Assembly: GCA_002269645.1 (NCBI GenBank)
Contig: NIVC01004198.1
Location: 1-55,713, forward strand
Source of the DNA: Macrostomum lignano
Lineage: Eukaryota
DNA length: 55,713 nucleotides
Direction of reading: 5' to 3'
The notes beneath the pieces are model-generated. The model made no database searches. It saw only the letters and a program-made list of their open reading frames with translations, and was not told where the DNA came from. Every line of letters starts with the position of its first letter. Positions within the stretch are counted from its first letter, which is position 1. Positions 46,285-55,713 of this stretch are shown here, piece by piece. The translations under genes were made by a program, and so were the position numbers.

Positions 46285-49200
46285 TTAGTAGTAGTATAAA
46301 TAGCGCAGAGCTAGCAGCAAATCCAAGGCCAGCAGGCCAGTGCCGGCAGTCAGCACAGACTTATAGACCGTCCGCCTCAGTTTCGCGTCGCCAACAATGA
46401 GAATATCCAGCAGGGCGGCCAGAATCCACTGGCCGTCTAGCGCGTAGCATGGCGCCGCATTGAGCAGCGCCAGGGCGCCGGACAGCGACACAATATAGCG
46501 CATGCCGGTGTCAATAGCGGCCGGCAGCCACAGCGGCAGCAGAGCCGGCGGCCGGAACTCGGACAGGGCCAGGCTGTAGTACAGTTCGGGCGCCTCGCCG
46601 AGGAACAGCAGAGCCGGCCTGGCCGGGTCGTGTCCGACGCTCACCAGCCGGGAGACGTTGTCGACGGCCGGTCGGGCGCAAACGGCGCCGGCCGGACAGT
46701 CGGAGGCGCGGGCGCAGGCCGGCTGCTGCTCAACCACGGCTCGAGCCGGCAGGCAGGCCGAGGCGGCGCCGCCATCAGCTAGGAAGCAGAGCCGGCTGGC
46801 AGAGTCCGGGTCCGAGTCGGCGGAGGACGCGTTGCCATGGCGACAGCAGAAGTCGGTTCCGGAGCTTGACAAAGGCGGCGGATGTGAGGCGGCCGGCAGC
46901 AGGAGGCCTCGGTGGAGGCAATGGCCCTGCGAAGTTATGAAGCATTGAGTTGATGGAATTTGAGTTCATGAAGCATTGAGTTGATGGTATTTGAGTTTAT
47001 GAAGCATTGAGTTGATGGAATTTTGAGTTTATGAAGCATTGAGTTGATGGAATTTTGAGTTTATGAAGCATTGAGTTGATGGAATTTTGAGTTTATGAAG
47101 CATTGAGTTGATGGAATTTTGAGTTTATGAAGCATTGAGTTGATGGTATTTGAGTTTATGAAGCATTGAGTTGATGGTATTTGAGTTTATGAAGCATTGA
47201 GTTGATGGAATTTTGAGTTTATGAAGCATTGAGTTGATGGAATTTTGAGTTTATGAAGCATTGAGTTGATGGTATTTGAGTTTATGAAGCATTGAGTTGA
47301 TGGTATTTGAGTTTATGAAGCATTGAGTTGATGGAATTTCGAGTTTATGAAGCATTGAGTTGATGGAATTTTGAGTTTATGAAGCATTGAGTTGATGGAA
47401 TTTGAGTTCATGAAGCATTGAGTTGATGGAATTTTGAGTTTATGAAGCATTGAGTTGATGGTATTTGAGTTTATGAAGCATTGAGTTGATGGAATTTCGA
47501 GTTTATGAAGCATTGAGTTGATGGAATTTTGAGTTTATGAAGCATTGAGTTGATGGAATTTCGAGTTTATGAAGCATTAAGTTGATGGAATTTTGAGTTT
47601 ATGAAGCATTGAGTTGATGGAATTTTGAGTTTATGAAGCATTGAGTTGATGGTATTTGAGTTCATGAAGCATTGAGTTGATGGAATTTTGAGTTTATGAA
47701 GCATTGAGTTGATGGAATTTTGAGTTTATGAAGCATTGAGTTGATGGAATTTTGAGTTTATGAAGCATTGAGTTGATGGAATTTTGAGTTTATGAAGCAT
47801 TGAGTTGATGGAATTTTGAGTTTATGAAGCATTGAGTTGATGGTATTTGAGTTTATGAAGCATTGAGTTGATGGAATTTTGAGTTTATGAAGCATTGAGT
47901 TGATTGAATTTTGAGTTTATGAAGCATTGAGTTGATTGAATTTTGAGTTTATGAAGCATTGAGTTGATTGAATTTTGAGTTCATGAAGCATTGAGTTGAT
48001 TGAATTTTGAGTTTATGAGGCATTGAGTTGATTGAATTTTGAGTTTATGAAGCATTGAGTTGGTGGAATTTCGAGTTATGAAGCATTGAGTTGATGGAAT
48101 TTTGAGTTTATGAAGCATTGAGTTGATGGAATTTTGAGTTTATGAAGCACTTAATAGACTAAATTTGGAGTCCACGAAAGCAACAACAAGCGCAAATTCA
48201 TGGAAAAGTATTCTCGCGAATAAATATTCACCTGCTGCTCAGCGGCAAACACCCCGGCAACGCAGTTATAATAACCGGACGGGCTGACCACCGGACACTG
48301 GTTGACTCGGACGATCACGTCGCCCGGTACAGGCCCTGCTGGCCGGACAGAACCGAGCCGGCCGCCAGCCAGGTGACAACGGCGCCGCTAGCATTTGAGT
48401 AGCCCAGCGGCGCCAGCAGCCAGGCCGGCCGGATGAGCAGCAGGATGGCGCCGAGCGCCAGCACGGTGTTGTGCCACACGCCGGCGCAGAACACGCGCAG
48501 GCGCCTGGCCGGCGACACCAGCGCGAGGTCGGCGCTGTTCAGATCGACGAAAGCGCCCGGGTAGACGCCCAGGACGAAGATGCCGGCCGCTTGGACGCGG
48601 ATGTCCTCGCGAGCGGCGGCCACCGCATGGCCGAACTCGTGGAATATGCCGCAGAGAAGCAGCGCGCCCAGGTAATACGGCAGGTGGTTGCTGGGCAGGT
48701 TCACGCCTTTGGGAAGGGGCGTATGGATGATCGTGTCAATCCAGTTTTAGCTGCTAACGGAATTTAGTCATGAGGATATGGCTCATACTGTAGAGATATT
48801 TGTGTCAGTACCAGCCCCATCAACCAGTGAGATGAGAGCCCTAGTAACAGCCCCATCAACCAGTGAGATGAGATCCCTAGTAACAGCCCCATCAACCAGT
48901 GAGATGAGATCCCTAGTAACAGCCCCATCAACCAGTGAGATGAGATCCCTAGTAACAGCCCCATCAACCAGTGAGATGAGATCCCTAGTAACAGCCCCAT
49001 CAATCAGTAAGATGAGAGCCCTGCCTGAGTTGCATCAGTACCAGCCTCATCAATCAGTAAGATGAGAGCCCTGTCTGAGTTGCATCAGTACCAGCCTCAT
49101 CAATCAGTGACAGAGAACCCTGTCCAAGTTGACACACACCTGGTACAACAGGTGTGAGCACCTGCTCATTGGCAGGCCGTTGTGCAAGTGTATTATAGGC

Positions 49201-49466
49201 TAGCACAGTCAGCAGCACACAGGAGGTGGCCATGAGAGCCAGGCTGATAAGTACACCCACACCAAACCAGATGCGGTAAGGGAACAGTCTCAGCCGGCCA
49301 GTGTGCATAAAGAACCATTAAGCGCGGTGGTGTGCAGCCGAGCAAAGAACAGTGATACCCGGAGGATGCCATCTTCATTGCCACTCTTGCCCATGATTAG
49401 CCGATAAAACAGAAGGCAAGCCAGCCAAATGCCAATGAAAGCGCATACAGCAATGGCTGCCCCCAT
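46285..49466 (-). CDS. MBTPS2: Site-2 protease (membrane-bound transcription factor peptidase); complement(join(46285..46926,48232..48706,49140..49466)), with two apparent 1-nt deletions (about 49310 and about 48324)
   Basis: NEQVLTPVVPG|VNLP; zinc motif HEFGH; GAFVD; RRLRVFCAGVWHN; PDZ-like GL..GDVI...CPV; Cys-rich luminal region; LN.APCYALDGQW (LDG motif). Homology with S2P continues across both frame breaks. Confidence 0.9.
46935..48148. repeat. Intronic minisatellite (MBTPS2 intron 2), 31-32-bp unit GAGTTTATGAAGCATTGAGTTGATGGAATTTT, about 38 copies
   Basis: Direct inspection; runs to within about 8 nt of the 3' splice site. Confidence 0.97.
48812..49105. repeat. Intronic minisatellite (MBTPS2 intron 1), 36-bp unit AGCCCCATCAACCAGTGAGATGAGATCCCTAGTAAC, about 5.5 copies, plus two related units of about 48 bp
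   Basis: Direct inspection. Confidence 0.93.
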
Positions 49467-50473
49467 GATTAAATACAGTCTGGAATTGTAGTTATTTGAC
49501 AGTACATAATAAATTAAAACTTACTATATGTTAATACAGGATTAATGATAGCTGAGTAGGGGTCAATATAGGATTAGGGATGTCAAGACTCAATAGGGAT
49601 TAGGGATAGCAAGACTCAATAGAGGATTAAAAAAAGCAGGACTCCATAGAGGATTAAGGATAGCAAGGCTCAATAGAGGATTAGGGATTAGAGAGGAATA
49701 GGGAAAAATCATGAGAGAAAAAGACCTATCAAGTCCTATAAGTATTATAATAATCTATGGAATACTAAAAGGCCTAAGCCTAAGGCTTACTAGGGCCTAA
49801 TGATATTAAGTTCAACTAAATAAGGCAAATCAATGAATATATAAATTGATCTACTTAAATTTTTAAATAAACATCGATAAAGATAATAATTATTATAATT
49901 AAATTACTTTTACTTGATAACATAGACATAGAACAAAGCTAGAAATTTCTATAAGTAGAAAATAAATAATATTAGTAATATTATAGCAAAGAAAATGTCC
50001 TATTATTTTATTGTCTCTAAAAACCTTCTAAAATAAATTATAGTAGACCAAACAAATTTCTACCTATTAGTTTTTTTAAGGGGCAATATCTACCTTGATC
50101 CCCTTTTTGCTTAGCTTTAGAAATTACTAATTATGTTAATTAGCCTTAATAATTGATTTTTGATCCCTATCCTAGATATTGATCACCTTTATCTTTATTT
50201 AAAAGTAAAAACCATTAAGCCTATTTGTCATCAAGTAGCTAAAAATCCTATTTAGGTAAAAATATAAAAAAATAATTTGTTAAGTTAGCTTAGGCCCCTA
50301 GCTTTCTTTTAGCTTATTACCATATAGGCCTAGCTTATAGTTTATAATTATATATCTATAGCTTAGCTTAGCCTTAAAGCTATTTGTACTTAAAATAGTT
50401 TAGAGTCAAAATAATTTAATGAACGGAACTTGACAATTGCCAACTATTTTATTATTTTCCATCATGATTCATG

Positions 50474-50540
50474 AGCCAGGGGGTTTGGCAAATTCCAGCC
50501 TGTAGGCCACATGCAGCCTGCAAAGCCTCTTCATCTGGCC
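50474..50540 (+). mobile_element. Decayed hAT (Charlie/Ac-type) terminal fragment
   Basis: CAGGGGGTTTGGCAAATTCCAGCCTGTAGGCCACATGCAGCCTGC resembles the common hAT left end CAGGGGT..CAAACT.CGGCCCGCGGGCC..ATGCGGCCCGC, with CG changed to CA or TG. No partner end was found. Confidence 0.4.
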
Positions 50541-51222
50541 TTTGTGGTCCTTTGAAACTGTACAATAGTAATCAGGGGCAGATTTAGAGAGGGGGCAAGG
50601 GGGGTGGCTGCCCCCCTCCCCCCAAAATAGCTTGATACAACATATTGCACCCCCAAAAACCTAAATTTGTGCCCCTTAAATTTGATTTTTTGCCTCTAAG
50701 AGTCTAAATAATGCCTTTTTTGCACCCTTAAGCTTGATTTTTCGCCCTCTACATGCATTTTTTGCACCTTTAAGATTGATTTTTTGCCCCCCTACACACA
50801 TTTTTTGCACCCCTAGCTTAAAAATTGGCACCTCTTATACTCCTGTTGGCGTCCCAAACTTTCCCAGCTTTGGCAGTTGAAATGAGTTAAAACTTAGACT
50901 TAGACTAGCTAGAGGGAGTACTATAGTAAATAATAGGCCTACTTATAATATAGGCCTAAGACTTTAAAAGAAAAGAAAAAAAATAGGGGGGCCTACGATA
51001 ACTGATTTGTAGCTAGCTATGGCCTAGAACAGCAAAAAATCAAGCTCTAAGAAACAGAAACCATGATGATAGTGAGGCCGATTGCTTGGCTGTTTGTTGG
51101 TGTGTAGCGTGTAGCGCCACGTAATAACCATGCAGCTTTTATTGTGTAGTGTAGGCCCTTTGGGCCCATTTCTCATCAGGTTTATATCGGCAAATTCGCT
51201 TCTCACCATCCAGCGCCGGTTA

Positions 51223-51294
51223 GCCGTGATCGTATAGTGGTTAGTACTTCTCGTTGTGGCCGAGACAACCCAGGTTCGAATCCTGGTCACGGCA
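51223..51294 (+). tRNA. tRNA-His (GTG)
   Basis: 72 nt: acceptor stem GCCGTGA/TCACGGC, D arm TATAGTGGTTAGTA, anticodon stem TCTCG-TTGTGGC-CGAGA, T arm CCAGG-TTCGAAT-CCTGG, discriminator A. TTTTT terminator at 51334-51338. Confidence 0.98.
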
Positions 51295-53789
51295 AGATGC
51301 TGTGAGGCTCTTGAGCGGCGTGGGGCGCTATAATTTTTGCATTTTTAGCTACAAAATCAATGTAAGGGTGTGCTGGGTATTTGTTTTAAAGTTAAAAGGT
51401 AGGCCCAGTTCCCCTTTTTACTTTTCTGCGCAGTTTTATTTCCTTTTAAATCGTAAAACATATTTTTTCCGATATGTATCGAAAAATATGTAAACTGTAA
51501 GTGTAAGACATGTATAACTCGAAAGAATGCGCTAATTTACTCTTCTTTCAGTAGCAATGCTAGCGTTTTTGCCTGAACAATATCTGAAAGTAACATTAAA
51601 ATGGACAACTAGAATTTTTAACGATATTTTAAGCTTTTTGAAACAATTACTATTTGAATGTCACATGGTACAAGCCTGAACCAATATTAGCATCTTCATC
51701 CTGTCCTGTTTTACCGACTCCAGATTGCCTCAGCTCCGATTTTAAAAAATGAAGACTGAAGAGTGCAAGTAAACTAGAAAAACCTATATCCGATAAACGT
51801 AAAGCATGCAGTTAGACTGCAATTGAGTCTCTTTTCTTACTGCTCTTTGATTGGCTGAGCTGGATATTGGGCCTGTACTGTATTAGCAGAGTTTCGTCCA
51901 TCTTGCGCTCACTTATGTACATCGAGTTAAAGTATATGCTTGTTCATTCTTAACACCATTGATACGATCCGAGGCCGCAAACCAGGAGGGGAAATATTTG
52001 CTCCAACATTAAATTTAAGCGACACTGCGCAGACAAACTACTGAAAAAGAGTAGACGCTCAACTATTTTACAATCCTTTTAATTGCGATGGCGAGTGACA
52101 TTATTTGTGCTGCAGGGGCCGTATTTGAACAATATACTGCAAGTGACCAATGGAGGAATCGATCCGCAGCTCTGCCTAGCCTAGGTAGCACCGGATGTTG
52201 TGAGCGTCATGAACGGCAAAGCTGCAAATCCGTGATGCCAATTGTCATGCCTGTAAGTACATGTATGGGCCACATCCAGAAAGTCTGCAGGTCAGCGAGG
52301 GTCATGTCAAGAAGCTAGACTGCACTGGCACTGGAGCAGAACGCCCAAAGGCTCTATTCTCAGCTATGTTGGACCTCGATCATGCGATCCGAAAATGAGC
52401 GCCTCCTAAATTGACCCCGCTGTAATTCTGTTATTTCCATAGACATTCTCGTGGGCTGTGATTCCTGTGAATCCAAATAAAATTATGTCAAACTATTCGT
52501 AATCGCCACTGCATGCGAATAAACTGTAATTTAATATTCTAATAGGGCCTTTTAATAGAATACATGTAATAAAATTTACTGTTTTAAGAGCGACTGCAAT
52601 TGAGACCTGAATTTTAATTAATGCATGGGTTGAATTTTGTTTCAATCATACTCGTATCATACTCGAGACTTTCATCGGACCAGTAGTTTTGTATATTGTT
52701 TTCACAGGGAATGATTTACTTTTTGAAAAATTTACCCAGAAGACCCACAGATTTACTTTGTCTGGTTGAGTGTATGTATGTATGTATGCATCTATGTATC
52801 TATCTATCTATCATCGGTCTCCTCGCGCAGGTGGCACCCGGAGTTGTCGCGAAGCAAAACATCCTTGAATTATTTTTATCTTCCAAGATAAAAAATAGCT
52901 TAGTTACGCTCGTACTGTTTTAACTACTGTCAGTAGCCAGTATGGTAGTTTCTAAGTTAATAATTGCGATTGCAATAAAGTGACGGTCAATGCAGAGACA
53001 AATATCTGCACAATAAAATTTGCATACATCAACAGTTAATCTACCACAGCAATTGCTAGCCATCCTGCCAGATGTATTTGGACTTCCAAATCTGAGCAAT
53101 TCACCGGCTACAAACACACAGTATTACCAAAACTAGAAAACAACAGCAATTCACGTCATGAAATGTAGATAGTGCAAAAGCAAACCGGAGTCTAGACTGC
53201 CCCAAGTTCGATTTGTTTGCGGATAATAAAAAATAAATAATTCAATGCAAAAATGGCGATTGTTCTACTTTATGTAGACAGATGAGGGCATCAGATATAA
53301 GTAAATAGTATACTTAGGCGTGGAACGCAGAAAACACCTGTCCATAATCTACTAGAAGAGAACAGATAAGCAAGCAATTTACCAGAGCCTAACAGTGTCA
53401 TCAAGCAAAGATATAGAGCACCGTTGCTAACTGGGGAGCTCTATAAAGTTTGAGCACATGACAGCGCTGAGCAGCGAGGCAAAAAAACAAACTGACGAAA
53501 ACACATTTTTTATAATCAAATTTAAAATAAAATAGGTCATTTCTCTCTACTAAACTCCAGTCGGGTGACTGGACAGTTTTGCCAGCCTGAAAAAACAGCT
53601 ACTTTTATTGACTAAATGGAAACTAATTCAATATAATATGTTAGTACTATCGAAATATACTACGTTACTATAGTTGGATTAATTGATGGCAATATTAGAA
53701 CGGCATATTAAAATAATGGCCAAACACAGGAAATACTGATGACGCAGAACCTCTGCCGTCATAGGAAATGGTTTTATAAAAAAAAGCTT

Positions 53790-55609
53790 TCAAGCCATCG
53801 CGGCCAGTGCCGAGCGACTGTTCCGCTCGCTGAACTCGTTTTTCAGCAGCTCAAAGGTGGCCACCATGATGGCCGAGGCTGGCACCACCTTCAGCAGGCG
53901 GGGCACCAGCCCGGCGTACAGGGCCCGATGACCGCCGCGGCTGTGGCCGCTGCTGCCAGTCATCAGCAGGCGCATAGAGTCCACGGTGCCCGGCGTTCTG
54001 CGGACTCCGCCAAGGCTGCCGGCAAACTCAACCTGCCTGTGGGTTTTCAACACGTCGAACGGGTGCGTCGTCAGGCCGGCCACTGCGCCCGCGACGCAGC
54101 CGAAGGCCGCCGCCTCTGGCCCGGTGAGGATCGGAGAGGCAGCGGCGGTGGACGAGGTGGAAGCAGTGCGGAGACGGCGGCTCAGCCCGCTTGCTGCTGA
54201 GATTCACGGGCCTGAGGTATGGGAACAGTGAAACACAGTTTGTGAGTTGTGCCAAATAATTCACCGAGTCAACCAGACAGTGGTGAGTCAGGGTCATAAA
54301 GTCAGTGAGTGAACTCAAGATGCCCCTAAGTGACTCAGTGAACTCAAGAAGTCATGGAGTGTTTGACATGGAATGAGTCAGAGTCAAAGTCAACGAGCCA
54401 ACACGCGAGTAAACAAGTCAGTCAATGAGTCAGAGAATGAGACGGCAAGTCAGTCAATGAGTCAGAGAATGAGACGGCAAGTCAGTCAATGAGTCAGAGA
54501 ATGAGACGGCAAGTCAGTCAATGAGTCAGAGAATGAGACGACAAGTCAGTCAATGAGTCAGAGAATGAGACGGCAAGTCAGTCAATGAGTCAGAGAATGA
54601 GACGGCAAGTCAGTCAATGAGTCAGAGAATGAGACGGCAAGTCAGTCAATGAGTCAGAGAATGAGACGACAAGTCAGTCAATGAGTCAGAGAATGAGACG
54701 GCAAGTCAGTCAATGAGTCAGAGAATGAGACGGCAAGTCAGTCAATGAGTCAGAGAATGAGACGGCAAGTCAGTCAATGAGTCAGAGAATGAGACGGCAA
54801 GTCAGTCAATGAGTCAGAGAATGAGACGGCAAGTCAGTCAATGAGTCAGAGAATGAGACGGCAAGTCAATGAGTCAGAGAATGAGACGGCAAGTCAATGA
54901 GTCAGAGAATGAGACGGCAAGTCGGTCAATGAGTCAGAGAATGAGACGGCAAGTCGGTCAATGAGTCAGAGAATGAGACGGCAAGTCGGTCAATGAGTCA
55001 GAGAATGAGACGGCAAGTCGGTCAATGAGTCAGAGAATGAGACGGCAAATCAATGAGTCAGATAATGAGACGGCAAGTCAATGAGTCAGAGAATGAGACA
55101 GCAAGTCAGTTAATGAGTCAGAGAATGAGACGGCAAGTCAGTCAATGAGTCAGGCTTACCTGAGCCTTGGCAGCCAGCAGCCGGGCCCGCATGCCGTCAT
55201 AGGTGAACCAGTAGATGGCAGAGAAGGGCACGTCTCGCATAAGAGTTGGCGGCAGTCCTCGCCACAGGCTGAGCAGGCCAGACCGGCCAACCTCAAGGGA
55301 GGCGGCCCGGCGCAATAGCGGTCCAGTTGAGGCCTTCGCCTGCATCTTGGTGCGGGCCAGCTCCAGCGGGGACAGGCACAGCACGGCCGTAACTCGGGCG
55401 GCGCCGGCGGCAAGCGGCGGTACCCAGTCTTTGTTCTTAGAAATTTCGCCAGATTTGCATAGCAACGGCGATAGCCCAGATGCCAATTTGAGTAGATCAA
55501 GCGTAGTGAAGTAGATAACAGTGCCGGGCACTGTCAGAGCCAAGCTGGCTGACAGGCCGCGCCACAGGGCTAGCAGGCCCTCCGACCTGGCTATCCTCAG
55601 CGCGGCATC
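53790..55609 (-). CDS. SLC25A40: Mitochondrial carrier SLC25A39/40-like, last two coding exons; complement(join(53790..54211,55160..55609)); 5' part is off-window; one apparent 1-nt deletion at about 54187
   Basis: DA..RI.R.EG...LW.GL...L..TVP.T.IYFT; SPLELARTKMQ; LWRGL.PTL.RDVPFSAIYW; THPFDVLKT.RQ; LYAGL.PRLLKV.PA.AIM..TFE. SLC25A39 versus SLC25A40 cannot be distinguished here. Confidence 0.88.
54410..55152. repeat. Intronic minisatellite (SLC25A39/40), 32-bp unit GTCAATGAGTCAGAGAATGAGACGGCAAGTCA (28-bp variants), about 23 copies
   Basis: Direct inspection; begins about 7 nt after the GTAAGC donor. Confidence 0.97.
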
Positions 55610-55713
55610 CTTGAAATTGGAGTTGAGAGTTAATAGCTGGTAAGGAATTATTGCGGGTAGTATGGGGAATGCGGGAGCTAGGAACCAGAGGACGAATTGC
55701 AAACAGGAAATCC

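Noticed and set aside
17608-55152. Long repetitive ORFs in the ORF track (17608-18435, 21294-22052, 22031-22612, 23461-23934, 29785-31051, 38953-39925, 44667-45920, 48764-49065)
   Set aside because: They are translations of minisatellites whose units lack stop codons in some frames. They lie in introns or spacers and have no independent coding signal.

Overview
Eukaryotic (animal) genomic window with GC-rich exons, GT-AG introns, AT-rich spacers and many minisatellites. The style is consistent with a Macrostomum-type flatworm, but that is inference only. Left part (1-14 kb): end of a Tc1 element, a full-length LOA/Lian-like LINE (390-6152, 13-bp TSD, APE-RT-RNase H ORF2) inserted in a (TAGTC)n tract, a MITE and a decayed DD34D mariner. 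Four + strand genes follow (KHDRBS/Sam68-like, PSMD11/Rpn6, MIIP-like, NTAQ1). They converge on four - strand genes (TRPA-like channel, CYP2-clan P450, MBTPS2/S2P, and SLC25A39/40, partial). A tRNA-His(GTG) gene and two tRNA-derived SINEs are also present. All gene models were built by hand from splice sites and phase. Main observations: (1) 8 of 15 introns are mostly a private minisatellite; (2) five reading-frame breaks are each repaired by adding one base to a GGG/TTT run, most likely long-read assembly errors; (3) the SINE tail shares a motif with the LINE 3' UTR; (4) a 48-bp P-element-like excision footprint; (5) a fold-back Harbinger derivative with two left ends; (6) a TRPA-like channel with an extra hydrophobic hairpin after the TRP helix; (7) a Crypton-like fragment in a TRP intron. 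No database searches were run; family calls come from recognised motifs.
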